DNA from: Mobula hypostoma
Taxonomy: Eukaryota
DNA length: 64,000 bases
Direction: 5' to 3'
Assembly (NCBI RefSeq): GCF_963921235.1
Contig: NC_086097.1
Coordinates: forward strand, 203,858,001-203,922,000
Shown: positions 24,283-37,521 of the stretch, one piece after another
Layout: every line of letters begins with the position of its first letter
Position numbering within the stretch: the stretch's first letter is position 1
Notes under the pieces: generated by a model
Seen by the model: the letters and a program-made list of their open reading frames with translations, nothing else
Database searches by the model: none
Told to the model about the DNA's origin: nothing
Translations under genes and position numbers: made by a program

Positions 24283-24841
24283 AAAAATACTGTATATCAA
24301 TGTTTAAACATTGGCTATATTTTGTATCATTGAGTTATTTTTTCTTTTCTTTGTGTAGTTGATCTTTTACATAATATTTCCTGATACCCTGATTCATTAG
24401 CAATTCCATAATCAGTTGGTTAAACTTTACTGATCTTTGCTTATTTTATGCAGAAGGGAATTGAAGATGAACAATAGGCTGTTCAAGTGATCATGTAGTT
24501 ACAAGAAAGCATATGAGGCTAGGAACATTTTTTTTTCGAGTCAGCTGATTTTAAAAACATCTATTGCTTAATATGAAAAATATGTAGAAGCAACAGCTCC
24601 AAGCTCACCAACAAAGGAAAATGTCTACTCTGAATAGTCATTATCTTTAATTAGATTGGATTTAATTTATTATTTGAGCATATCACTCCTTCTTTCTGAA
24701 CTGCCTTCACCCTTATATCTTTGTACCTCCTGTGCCACTGCTATCCGAGGTTACATAAATTCCTCTAATCTTGAACCATCATTGCAATTAAGCTAATGAG
24801 TTAGACCTTAATGCATTTTAATGGGCAATATACAAATGTAT

Positions 24842-25820
24842 CTGGGGAAGGCTCTTGGCCTGAAATATCAACTCTTTATTCCTCTCCATAAATGCAGCCT
24901 GACCTGAGGAAACTGGAGGTCTATGAGCTAGTCCTCATCAGAGGGTCAGAAATAGAGAGTCTCAGCAACTTTAAATCCCTCAGTGTTATCATTTCAGAGG
25001 ACCTATCCTGGGCCCAGTATGTAAGTGCAATTAAGAAGAAAGCATGGCAGACGCTCTACTTCCTTAGAAGGTTGTGAAGGTTTGGCATGACATCTAAAAT
25101 TTTGACAAACTTCTATAGACTTGTAGTGGAGAGTAAATTCACTGGTTACATCACAGCCTGGGTATGGAAATACCAATGCTCTTGAACAGAAGATCATACA
25201 AATGGTACTGTATATGGCCCAGTCCATCACGGGTAAGGACCTCCTCACTACTGAGCAAATTGGCATGGTGTGCTGTCACAGGAAAACAGCATACATCAGC
25301 GGGGGGACTCCCACCAGCTGGGTCATGCTCTCATCTCACTGCTCCCATCAGGAAAAAGGCACAGGAGCTTCAGGGCCCACAGGTTCAGGAACAGTTATTC
25401 CCCCTCAACTATCATGCTTTTGAACCAAAGGGGATAACCACTCAGCTTCACTTGTCTCATCACTGAACTGTTCCCACCACCTATCGACTCACTTTCAAGG
25501 ACACTTCATCTCGTGTTCTCGATATTTGTTATTTATGTATTTATTATTGATTTTTTTTCTTTGGTATTTGTGCAATTTGTTGTTGTTTCCACACTGGTTG
25601 TTTGTCTGCCCTGTTGGGTATGGTCTTTCATTGGTTCTATTATAGTTCTTGGATTTACTATGAATGTTTGCAAAACAAAAATGTCTGGTTTCTATATGGT
25701 GACAAATATGTACTTTAATTTTAAATTTACTTTGAACTTTGAGCTTCGACCTGCTGAGTTCCTCCAGCATGCTGTGTATGTTATTCTGGATTTCCAGCAT
25801 CTGCAGAATCTCTTGTGTTT
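24842..25820 (+). mobile_element. Penelope pLTR remnant split by a Rex1-type LINE 3' fragment (24907-25742)
   Basis: pLTR ...atgcagcctgacctg | cgacctgctgagttcctccagcat...ttccagcatctgcag. The insert encodes IISEDLSW...LYFLRRL and ends actttgaactttga. Confidence 0.8.
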
Positions 25821-26511
25821 AATATACATAGAAACTTGATTTGCTGTAAAAACTACCTGAGATTTTCATACTTCTGGTTACAATAATTTTCTGGTGACAT
25901 TTGTGCAGTTTACTTCTAAACTATTGTGCAATATGATACAAAAGCCAATCCTCCTCTTGGGGGACTTCACACCCCAAGACAACACACTTTTTAGCCTCTT
26001 GCATATGCACCTAGAAAAATCTTTTTATATGCTAGAGTTTAACATTGTCCCTATATAATCAAGTACAGAGAAACATAAAGGAGAACAAAGTCCAATGCAA
26101 AAAAAAGCATAAAAATTTAATAGTCATTTATCTCTTCAAGGACTCAGTTTTGCTTGCAGCTTCCATTTATTTTACTGAACAAAGTATACAGTAATTTCTA
26201 TGCATAGTATTTACAAATTCTTCCTTGGGGATTTCTGTTTTGTGTTTTAAAACTTGAATTGTAATTGGATATCTTACATGAAGAGTAATTGCTCCTTTAA
26301 TTGAGTGGGGATTGTTGTTCCAAGCTGAGAGGCCTGTCACAGAAAGTGACTTAACTTTGAGGAGCTAGAAAATTTTACATTTGTTTTGTCATTGTATTGT
26401 GCACTACCTTTGTGCTTGTCTCCTGGAGTAGGACACTCATCCCTTTAGGCTTGGTCTGCCATTTAGTGAGATCATGGCTGATCTGACTGTAACTTCAATG
26501 CCCTGATCCAT

Positions 26512-27618
26512 TTCAGAATCAGAATCAGAATCAGGTTTATTATCACCGACATGTGACATAAATTTGTTAACTTAGCAGTAGCAGTTCAATGTGATACATC
26601 ATATAGAAGAAAAAAGACAAAATTAAATAATAATAATAATAAATAAATAAGTTGACCAATAGAGTATACGCATATTGCATAGATTAAAAATTATGCAAAA
26701 AACAGAAATAATATATGTTAAAAAAGTGAGGTAGTGTTCAAGGGTTCAAAGTCCATTTAGGAATTGGATGGAAGAGGGGAAGAAGCTGTACCTGAATGGC
26801 TGAGTGTGTGCCTTCAGGCTTCTGTACCTCCTACCTGATGGTAACAGTGAGAAAAGGGCATGCCCAGGGTGCTGGAGGTCCTTAATAATGGACGCTGCCT
26901 TTCTGAGACACCGCTCCTTGAAGATGTTCTGGGTACTTTGTAGGCTAGTACCCGAGATGGAGCTGACTAAATTTACAACCCTCTGCAGCGTCTTTTAGCC
27001 CTGTGCAGTTGCCCCCCCCCACCATGCCAGACAGTGATGCAGCCTGTCAGAATGTTCTCCGCAGTACATCAATAGAAGTTTTTGAGTGTATCTATTGACA
27101 TACCAAATCTCTTCGAGCTCCTACTGAAGTATAGTCGCTGTCTTGCCTTCTTTATAACTGCATCAATATATTGAGACCAGGTTAGATCCTCAGAGATCTT
27201 GACACCCATGAACTTGAAACTACTCACTCTCTCCACTTCTGATCCCTCTATGAGGATTGGTGTGTGTTCCTTCATCTTACACTTCCAGAAGCACAATCAG
27301 CTCTTTCGTCTTACTGATGTTGAGTGCCAGGTTGTTGCTGCAGCACCACTCCACTAGTTGGCATATCTCACTCCTGTACGCCCTCTTGTCACCACCTGAG
27401 ATTCTCCCAACAATGGTTGTATCATCAGCAAATTTATAAATGGTATTTGAGCTATGCCTAGCCACACAGTCGTGTGTATATAGAGAGTAGAGCAATGGTC
27501 TAAGCACACACCCCTGAGGTGCACCAGTGTTGATCGTCAGCGAGGAGGAGATGTTATCACCAATCTGCACAGATTGTGGTCTTCTGGTTAGGAAGCTGAG
27601 GATCCAAGTGCAGAGGGA
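26512..27618 (-). mobile_element. Rex1/Babar-type LINE 3' fragment (RT)
   Basis: [39 protein letters not shown]; (TCTGAT)n tail. Confidence 0.92.
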
Positions 27619-27729
27619 TCCTATTAAACCTATTATAACTTTTTGCCACTTTGATTATCATGTATCTTATAATTCTGTCTTATAAATCTTCAAAGTCTAC
27701 TTCAATCACTCTTGAGGAAGGAATAAAAC

Positions 27730-28075
27730 TGAGGACATGAGATACAAAGAGTCTTTCAAAGTAGGTCGCAGAATCAGATTAGCATAGTTGTGAATGAAAT
27801 TATTCACGCGGGTTCACAAGGCTGATGGTTGTAGGGTAATAACTATTCCTCGACCTGGTTGTGTGGGACCTAAGGTTTCTGTACCTCCTGTCTGATGGTA
27901 GAGGAGAGGAAAGGAGAGGGAATGGTTGGTTGGATGGTTGGGATCCTTGATGGATGCTGCTTTCTTGTGGCAGTGCTACATTTAAATGTATTCAGTGGTG
28001 AGGATGGCTTCATCTGTGATGGATTGGGCTGTATTCATCACTTTGTATAGACTTTTCTATTCCTGGACACCTCTG
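27730..28075 (-). mobile_element. Older Rex1-type 3' fragment
   Basis: ctgtacctcctgtctgatggta and gatggatgctgctttc are collinear with 26800-26900. Confidence 0.65.
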
Positions 28076-28537
28076 AAATGTTTCCAATGCATTAACATCC
28101 TTCCTTAAATAAGGAGACCAATTGTATGTTGGCTTCTCCATGGATAACATGGTTTTACGAACACAGCACTGGAATAGGACGACTGTCAGGGATGTAAATG
28201 ACTTTCATTCTTGGAGATATGTATATAACTGTCTTTCTCCTGCTCATTAGTACACATAGACTGAATCACTTCTGACCCTCAAGGTTCTTCCCTATCAAAG
28301 TCATTGCCCTGGCTCAAATGTCTGAATGCTGTTCCCTGAATCCAGCACCCTTGCCCCACGCCAATCCAAGAAGGTAGTTTTAATCCACTCTATCCCTTTC
28401 GTTCAATGTTCACAAGTGAGGTTTTCAGCTGAAGCTGATAACTAAGTCAATGTTGTACCCAATTAACATGCCCTTTAGTGTGCTCTAGAGTTTATAGGAC
28501 ATTAACCAGACCCACTTTACTTTTCTGAAACAACTAG

Positions 28538-28765
28538 GGCATCTTATTGGCAAAGTAATGTAGGGTTACTCCTGTGTCAAGATTTATTCCTCAAAAAAAT
28601 CAACGCAAGAAGATTATTTATTCACCACCAATAGTTTTATGGGATTTTGCTATGTGCAAACCAGCTGTTGCATATCCTACATTAAGCCAAGCATGCTGTT
28701 GGCTATAAACTTCATAGACAGCTTGATGTTCGGAAGGGTCCTACGTAGGTGTCAGATGTCCTTTC
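28538..28765 (+). mobile_element. Ancient DeuSINE (SacSINE1/AmnSINE-type) Deu-domain and tail remnant
   Basis: atttattcctcaa...agattattt...tgggattttgctatgtgcaaaccagctg...cctacatta...ttggctataaa matches the motif order I recall for the Deu domain. Confidence 0.6.
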
Positions 28766-29999
28766 AATTCCCGGGCTCACAGGACGACTTCCATAAGCCT
28801 AAACTGCTTTAAAGGAATATCAATATTTATTGTAAATATCTATGATATTATTCCATACTTCCTCAATACTGTGTTTGATGTATCAGTTGACATTGACTTT
28901 AACATTTGCAGCTGGATGTCTTCAAAATATGCAATGAGTGCAGAATGTCATTGTCAGTTACTCACAACACAAAAAGAGATGCGGAGGGCCATTTAGCTGA
29001 GCTGCATTCATCAGCTAAGGACTTGCATTCCACTATCACAGTGATCGCCAAGGTACACTTTATCCACCACCTCTCAGCTTCGCCTTGATCTCTATTCCAA
29101 GGTTTAATCACTCCTTGCACGGAGGAGGGTTTCAGCAACTGTGCCCTTGTTCTACTTTCTTACAAATATTTAGATTTAATGTCCAAAATGCTTTTTGCAT
29201 TATTTATTATTCTATTCTGAAGGGAATAAAATGCCTTTTACTTTGTATTATCACAGTCAATGACAAAAGATAAATTCCCGGCTTTTTAAGCATCACCTTT
29301 GATGTCAGTACCAGAGAAATAGTATTGCTCTGGAGAAGATGGTCATTGCTCTATAAGAACATTATTGTTACATTCAAATCATATTTCTCAAAACATCTGA
29401 GAAAAGAGTTGAAAGAATTGCAAGAAGGGGTTGTTTGGTGCTAATGCAGAAAACAAATGGGAAGATCCCATGGAATAATGAAGCAGGTATGAAATTAATA
29501 CACTGAGATTTGCAACATTCCTATCTAACCAAAGAAATGTTGTCCACAACTTAAAGTGGGGAGTTGCATGCAATTTGTATTTCAATCATTATGAAGTGTC
29601 AAGAAATGTCAGCAATATTTTAGGGACCACAGCTGGGTTTTCTCAACAAAAGAAAATAAAGCAGAATGACTTGTATTCATTTTGTTGGAGGTCAGTGATA
29701 TATCTCCTCTACTTCTGAAAAAAAATTATATCTAGCAGAATGGTTAAAGACAAGCGAAAACTGAGATTTTTCCCTCAAATTAAAGTCTGAGTTAATAACA
29801 ATAATTTGTATTTAATAAGCATATTTAACAAATGAAAATTCCCATGTAGTTTATGAGAGTGCAATAATATAGAAGATGTGACCACTAAAGAAGGAAACCG
29901 GGACTTGGTTAGAGAGATGGGTTCTAAGACAGAGCTTATTTGAAAGAAAGATGATGAAGTGGAGAGGATTAGTGAGAATATTCCAGAGGTTATGGTTAG

Positions 30000-30690
30000 C
30001 ATAAAACATAGAACAGTATAGCACACAATGGCCCTTTCACCCACAGTGTTCTTCTCCATGATCAATCTAGACCTTTCCTCCTACATAGCCCATGACCTTT
30101 CATTCAGGCATTTACCACCTCTGACATCTCCCCTGAGATTTCCTCCACTTGTCTTAAAAGGATATCCTCTGTTATATACTATTACTGCCCTGGGGAACAA
30201 AATGTTTATGCCTCTTGTAATCTGGCAAGTCACTTCTCATCCTCCTTTGCTTTGAAGAGAAAAATCCCTAGCTTGCTCAACTTTTCCTCGTAAGATATGA
30301 TCCTTAATCCAGACTGCATCCTGGCAGATTTCCTCTGCATCTTCTTTCATCCTTTCTATAATGGGAAATGACCAGAATTGGACAAAATACTTCAAGTGGG
30401 AGCTAACCTGAGTTTTATAGAGCTGCAACATTATGATACTGTGCTTGAACTCAATCCCTTGAAGGCCTACAACACCATACACCTCCTAACTACCCTATCA
30501 ACTTGTGCACTAACTTTGAGGGATCTATGGACAGACTCCAAGATCCCTCTGTTTCTCCACACTGTTAACAATCGTGCCGTTAACCTTGTACTCTGCCATC
30601 AAGTTCAACCTTCTAAAGTGCATCACTTCACACTTTTCCAGATTGAACTCTATTTGTCACTTCTCAATCCAGCTCTGCATCCTGTCTAGA
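30000..30690 (-). mobile_element. Degraded CR1 3' fragment
   Basis: LQLYKTQVSSHLKYFVQFWS (ORF 30237..30482); tail complement ataaaacatagaac. Confidence 0.8.
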
Positions 30691-31099
30691 ACAGGACGAA
30701 ACAACTAATTACATTGCTATTAATTGATAAGTGGAAAAATAGGAAAATGCACAATAAAATAAAATTCATCTGGACATTTTCAACTCGACTGACAAAAAGT
30801 GGGAACCCAGTGAAAAACTCAAGTGATTCAGCAAGTTATTCCTCAGCATTAAGTAGCCAAAGTTACAAGAAGAAATTCTGTAAAAGTTTAAGTGGATTCA
30901 TGTTCATCAAATCAAAAATAAATGACAGACTGAGGAGGAAAAAAGATGGTGAATTCTTTATGATTGCCTGTGCTTTTTGGAGCTGTCAAAACTAATCAAA
31001 TGTCCTTTGCAGCTATCAATGTAAAAATCACCTTCACCAAAAATAGAAGATTCCCCACCTTACCAGTAGAGTTACTCCTACTTTAACAATGCAACAGGG

Positions 31100-31750
31100 C
31101 AAAGTATCTTATGTGATCTATCTCAGCAGTGGCAGCCTATAAGAAACTTAAGACAAGGTTTATGAGAGTGACAAGTTTTTGCCTTCCATTTTCAGGAGAG
31201 TGCTTGCACTTGTGTTTATTTGCTTCCAGAAGTCTGTCAAGTAACAAACTATTTAAAAAATGCTCTCATAATGGAAATTAGGGTCTGAGAAATTAATGGG
31301 AGATGGAGAAGATGCTGGATATACAATGGAGTAACACCATGAAGGAACCTGAATATGAGATTTTTTAATGATTGGTATTGCTGAGCTGGGAATCAAGTCT
31401 GTCTGCAGGCACAGCGAAGTGGTGGTGAGACAGGGAGTATGGACGTAATGAGATGATTGGTGGCAAAGATATGAGGTCTTCCTTGTTTTCCGGTATGATC
31501 CAATGGTAATGATTGGTTCTGGCTGAGGACCAACAATGTTTCATGTTGCTAACTCAGCTGTACCCCCTGGAGCTCAAAGCCTGTGCAACTTGAATATAGG
31601 AGAATGAATTCAAGAGCATCACTGTAGAGAACAGCCAGCACAGGGTGGGAATAGAAGCACCGAAAGTGTAAATATACAACAGAGTGTGCCAATCACTGTA
31701 AAAATGCTGCTGCATGAAGTCCTATGTAATGTGCTGGTGACTTAGGAAAG
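31100..31750 (-). mobile_element. Possible very old L2-like 3' remnant
   Basis: Weak resemblance to the L2 C-terminus (...FRFLHGVTP...). Low certainty. Confidence 0.3.
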
Positions 31751-31964
31751 AAGTTTTTCCACAGGAATAAAGTTGTAGTGGTAAAGACCTCATTCATGGG
31801 CTCTCAATCCAGGAGCCATTTTGTATTTTCCCAATTCAGTTAAAACCTTGAAGAAGAAAAATAATTAAAACCCAATGAACCCCGATGGGCTAGTCTTATG
31901 GACTGAGCTGAAACATAGGACCCTGAGCACAGACTGGAGTAAACTCTTATAAATTGATGATACT

Positions 31965-32046
31965 GTAAGATATAGGAGCAGAATCAGGCCATTTGGCCCA
32001 TTGAGTCTGCTCCACCATTTCAGCATGACTGATCCAATTTTCCTCT
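31965..32046 (-). mobile_element. CR1 3' tail fragment
   Basis: taagatataggagcagaatcaggccatttggccc is the complement of the CR1 tail seen at 41340-41390. Confidence 0.7.
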
Positions 32047-33814
32047 AGCACCCTGGGCATGCCCTTTTCTCTTTTTTCTGTGTTCTTTCGGACTTCTATT
32101 AGATGCCCAGTTGTACTTAAAGTTCAGATGTACAATGCTTACAAATTAAAAACTGGTATTTCAAAAATTCAAATTGACCAGACATCAAATAAGCTTAAAA
32201 TCCATTTGAAGTAAAAAGGAGAATAGACCATCTACAAAAATCTGTTTTAAGCCAGTTCCAAAAAGCTGTTTCAGGAAAGGTTAAGAAACCATGGTGCATA
32301 GGTTTACTGTGTGAAACATTCTGGTATCTGGTCAACTGTATGCAAGCACTGCAGATTTTCATTACAGTTGAAAGCTCAGTTTTCTTATTATTGCTGGAAT
32401 TTGACTTTAATGGTCTTCCATTTGATGACAAAATTAGTTGATGGTAAAGATGCTGAGCCGGTGTTATATGCTCGGTCTCAGGAGCAGAGATGTTCTCAGC
32501 TGGTGTTTCGGGTGTCTTGGCCTCCTCGCCATCTTTTGTTTTATGGTTTTGTGGTCAACGATGTCTGTAGTTGTAGTTGCAGCGAAATCATCTGGGATGA
32601 GACTGTTGATCTTGTTGGCCATCCCCTTGATTTTCTTTGTCTTCTTCACTACTGCCCTCCTTTGTTTGACGTGGGCGAGGAGGCCCTCTGCGGTAGTGTG
32701 GACGGTTGCCCCTAAAATGATTTTGTCCACTGTTAGGTTTACCTTCTTCCCCAGCAACCTGGTTTTCATTTATTTCACCACCCTCAGTAATAATTTTTCC
32801 CTGAGGCTGGTTGCTATATTGTGGGCGGCGACCATAGCGACGATAAACAAAGTAAGGTGGGTAACGCTGTCTTCTGTAGGGAGGGCAATGCTGCTGATTT
32901 TGATAATCTTGGTTTTCTCCATCTGTTGCTGTCTCTGCTTCATCTCCTTTCTCTCCACCTTCAACGCTCTGTTGGTAATTACGTGGTGGACCTTAGCGGC
33001 GAGGGTTGTGCGACAATAACGATTTCTGTTTGTGGCATACCGGCTTCCTTGGACTGGAATTCCTCCAGGACCAGTTACGCTTTCTGCTTCTGCACCCTTT
33101 TCGCCTTCCACAACATCGAACTCCACAGTTTCACCATCTCCAACACTGCGGAGTTATTTCCGTGGGTTATTCTTTTCTATAGCAGTCTGATGTACAAACA
33201 CATCTTCCTTTGTATCATTCCTGTTGATGAATCCATATCCATTTCGTACGTTGAACCACTTTACTGTTCCAAGACCTTCTGTTGCGATGACTTTCTTCTC
33301 CCTGGGGGATTTGGATTTGTCTGGCTGTTGCTGCTGCTGCTGTTTGGATTGCCGTTCCGTCTCAGCCTCACTCATGGTGTTGACAGGCTGCGTGAGTTGG
33401 TTGCCGCTCGGGCGGTCTGAGGTGGGGGCTCCTGCGCTCTCTCTGCTTCCTTCTTCTCTCTTTCCCTCCACTGAAAGAACATAGGCATGCCCTTTTCTCA
33501 CTGTTACCATCAGGTAAGAGGTACATAAGCCTGAAGGCACACACTCAGCGATTCAGGAACAGCTTCTTCCCCTCTGCCATCTGATTCCTAAATGGACATT
33601 GAACCCTTGGACACTACCTCACTTTTTAATATATATTATTTCTGTTTGCTGCACGATTTTTAATCTATTCAATATATGCATACTGTAATTGATTGCTTAT
33701 TTATTATTTTTTTCTACTATATTATGTATTGCATTGAACTGCTGCTGCTAAGTTAGCAACTTTAATGACACATGCTGGTAATAATAAACTTGATTCTGAT
33801 TCTGATTCTGATTC
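32047..33814 (+). mobile_element. Rex1-type LINE 3' end that hosts the YBX1 retrocopy
   Basis: agcaccctgggcatgcccttttctc|actgttaccatcagg is contiguous in the uninterrupted relative at about 26830-26875 (minus). (TGATTC)n tail at 33791-33814. Confidence 0.85.
32072..33483 (-). pseudogene. YBX1: Processed pseudogene of Y-box binding protein 1 (5' UTR, disabled CDS about 32464-33375, 3' UTR, short A tail)
   Basis: MSEAET..., cold-shock domain [31 protein letters not shown]...[24 protein letters not shown]-terminal [32 protein letters not shown]. Intronless; stop at 33154-33156, frameshift at about 33010. 16-bp TSD ggcatgcccttttctc at 32056-32071 and 33484-33499. Confidence 0.93.
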
Positions 33815-33829
33815 CTAAAATCTTACAGT

Positions 33830-34860
33830 CTCCCTCCAACACCAACTCCATAGCCACATATTAAACTGTATAATCTTCCTCGTTCTGGTCTCACTAGCAC
33901 ATGGCACAAGTAGCAATCCTGAGATCACAACCCTGGAGGTCCTGCCCTTTAATTCAGCTCTAAACTCCCGAACACCCAATCAGGAACCTCGTCACTCGTC
34001 TTACCCTTGTCATTGGTACCTGCATGGACCACGACTTCTGGCTGTTCGGCTCCCACTTAAGAATGCTGAGGACTCAATCCAAGATATCCTGGACTCTGGC
34101 ACCCAGGAGGCAACATACTATCTGGGAATTTCGTTCTCACTCACAGAACCTCCTGTCTGTTCCCCTAACTAATAAATCCCCTATCAGCACAGCGCACCTC
34201 TTTTCCCCATTTCCCCTTCTGACTCACAGAGGCAGACTCAGTGCCAGAGCCCTGACCACTGTGGCTTTCCTCTTTTAGGTAATTCCCCCCTCCCCACCCC
34301 CTGGACAGTATCCTGTTGTTAAGGGGGATGACCACAGGGTTACTCTGCACTGACTCCTTAACTACTTTCCCCTTCCTGACTGTCACCCAGTTCCTGTGTC
34401 CTGCACCTTGGGCGTAACTACATCTCTATATACTCTATCTATCACCCCTTCAGCCTCCCAAATGATCCGGATTTTATCCAGTTCCAGTTCCAGATCCTTA
34501 ACGCAGCTGGACACACTTCTCGCAGTTACAGTCATCAGCAACACTGGAAGTCTCCTTGCCTTTCCACATCTTGCAAGAGGATCGGTTCATAATTCTTTCT
34601 GTCATCCCTACTGTCCTCGCTGAGCAGATATAATGAAGAGGAAAAGAAAACTTGAGCTTTTATTTTCTTTGCTTTCTCTGAGTGAAGCCTCTCTTCGCTG
34701 AAGCCTTGAAGAGCTAAAGCCTTAAGAATGCCACTCTGACTGTGTCCACTGCAATGACGGCCACTGTGCTTGCCCCTGCTTTCCTTCATTTTGTTCTTAC
34801 CAATCAATCCCAAACGGCGACTGGTTGCTGGTCAAAGCTCTATCATGCTGTCGTGACCCT
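33830..34860 (-). mobile_element. CR1 5' portion (ORF1 zinc-finger/esterase remnant and probable 5' UTR)
   Basis: Reverse complement matches the ORF1 region at 9340-9480 (aaagggcaggacctccagggttgtgatctcaggattgctact). VQSNPVVIPLNN is a CR1 ORF1-type motif. Confidence 0.75.
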
Positions 34861-35013
34861 TTTGTCCTCGGTCAGTGGACTTGATTGAAGTCTCCTCCTC
34901 TCCAAACTTCCAATGTCCCGATGTCTTCTGCTACAGTGGCTGCTGGCCCCGTCTGTGCTGGCGGACTCCTTGGTGGGACACAGTTTACCCAGCAAGCCTA
35001 CCCACGAAGGGTA

Positions 35014-35100
35014 TGCACAAAATCCTGGAGGAACTCAGCAGGCCAGGCAGAGTCTAGGAAAAGAGTAGACGATTCAGGCCGAAACCCGTCTGTAGGACCT
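35014..35100 (-). mobile_element. Penelope pLTR fragment
   Basis: cacaaaatcctggaggaactcagcaggccaggcag...aggccgaaaccc. Confidence 0.65.
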
Positions 35101-36497
35101 ACCCACTAAATGGGTGCCAGGTATAAGTCTAGTGACTGCAATGTATAGAAGTGGCTGCCAGGAGTAGTTAAGTTGTGAATACTTTAAACGTTGCTTTATT
35201 TATAATAACATCATTCACAAATACTTAATTCAAATGACAGCTCTGGGGGCCAGTGAGAAAGAGGGTCAGAGGTTGGGACCTTTCTGACTGCTAAGGTCAC
35301 TTCAGCATCCAGTCTCTTGCACTTGGAGATATAGGCTGTGATATGCTACGCTCCACTGCATTGTACTGCTGGTGAATTGTAAGCTGAAAACCAGGTCAGT
35401 GATAATATGCAGCCCAAAGCTGGAAGGAACGTTATGCTGGGCAAGTGAGCTGTACAACATACAGTAAACTGGCAGAAATTCTGCTGCAAAAGTTATAAAA
35501 GATGGAATACAGGAAACAGAGTGTACCAATTATGGCTACATGTGGGCTAGTGGGACTAGTTTATTTGATAATCTTAGTTGGCATGGACCAGATGGGCCGA
35601 GGAACCACTGCTATACTTCCCATGCCCTGCTTATGATCTGTAATTAACAAACTCAATTTAACAATTAACTAAGTTGCCTTCGCTGCATGTGGAGATCACA
35701 TCCAATGTTCTCTCATTCTTCGCATGAGATATTTTCTAACTCTTCTTGTGAAAAATTGGGCTCTAATTTGTAGCCAGTTATCCCATTCCAGATACCAAAC
35801 AGCTGAAGGAATCTCTCTCTATCGACCTGTTTTTCCCATTAATATCATGTAAACTTAAAATAAACTAATATTCTAAACCTCAGGAATGTCCTGCAGTGCT
35901 TAAGTAAGTTGATTATAGGGAGGGCTTGACTTAATTGTGTCTGTGAAAGCTATGGAAATAATGCCAGTCACAGCAGGGTGATTCACAACAGGTGGTGACC
36001 CTTTAATTTCCAGAGTGACAGGAAATAAACTTTAAATAATTATCATGGTTAAAATCTTGATTTCATAACAATGAATTTCTAAGCCACAATTACATATCTT
36101 TTAGAGCCATATATTTGTCTACATTGAAATCAACTTGTAAAGTTTTACGCATTTGTTTAATATATTAATATCTCTTTCTATGTTGATAGTTCTCTCTACT
36201 TTGTTAAGGTGTCATCTATATTGTACCAATGCACATTATTCTAATTTAAAACTAATAATTAATAATTTTAATTATTAAAATTATTTAATCATTTCTGATG
36301 TTTTCACGGCTTACAGGTTTCCCTTTGTTTTTTCTTTGCTTAATTAGAGTGCGATGTGGGACATTGAGAAACATTGTTGCATACATGGAGATGGGGCCAA
36401 AGCCAGTTGGAAGAACCTCTATAGACCACCTCCACCTCATAATCTTGTACAGTCACAATGTGTAGATTGGATTCCCATAGAATATTAAAAGGGCATC

Positions 36498-36968
36498 AAA
36501 ATCAGAATTGGAGACATTATCGTTATTTTATATGACGTGAATTTGTTTTTTTTGCAGCAGCAATAGAGAGCAAAGACAAAAAGTAACTATAAATAACTAA
36601 ATTAATTGGGTAAAAAAAGGGATTAATGAGGTAGTGCTCATAGGTTCATTGACAGTTCATAAATATGGTGACAGAGGGAGAGAAAATGTTCTTAAAACCT
36701 TGAGTGTGGGTCTTCATGCTTGATGGTAGAATTGAGAAGAGAACACGTCCTGGACGGTGAGGTTCCTTAATGATGGAATCTACCTTCTTGAGGCAGCGTT
36801 TCGTGAAGGTGTTTTTGATGTTGGGGAAGGTTGTGGCCACGTTGGAGCTGGCTGAATCTACAACACACAGCAGCCTTGTGCAATCCTGTGCATTGGAGGA
36901 TCCATACCAGGCTGTGACACAGCCAATCAGAATGCTCTCCACTGTATATCTGTGGAAATTTGCAAGAG
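36498..36968 (-). mobile_element. Rex1-type LINE 3' fragment
   Basis: ESILIGCVTAWYGSSNAQD (ORF 36646..36942). Confidence 0.85.
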
Positions 36969-37521
36969 TCGTTTACTTATTGGAATAAGTAAAGCACCAA
37001 TTAGATGCCACAGTGATCATCTTTGTAAATTACTACGTATTTCATAATTACTTTTATTCTGACTTATCTTCTGGTCAAAATTTTATTGATAAGGAAAATA
37101 ATACTTCTTCCTTGTCACTGATCTTCTTGGAGTGTTTGTTATTTTATTGTCCAATAATAGAATATTTGGCAAGAGAAGGTTAAGGAAAATGTTGGGTATA
37201 GAAGTCTTGTTCTAGCATATTAAAATATAATTATATTTCTCTGATCTCACAATTTCGATCAGCATTTCAAGTAAAGTTTCTCAGTCTCTCAGGGAATTTT
37301 ATGCACTGGCCTTTCCACTTGAGCTGCCAAAAAATACAAAGGAAATACAGTCCCAATGTAATTTAATCCATTTCCTAACCACACCTATATCATTCATGAC
37401 ATTTTGCTAGACCCAATGTTCCACTGACCTTTGACATTTTGACATATTTGCTCTTTTCTCTCCTATCAATAATAACAAGAAAATTACGTAGAGATTAATC
37501 ACTGAAAAGATGAACAACCAG

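Noticed and set aside
32311..33484. Long plus-strand ORFs (134-199 aa, hydrophobic)
   Set aside because: Antisense shadows of the purine-rich YBX1 retrocopy.
33154..33540. Functional cold-shock-domain protein
   Set aside because: There is a stop within the domain, downstream frameshifts and stops, and the ORF start lies in flanking LINE sequence.
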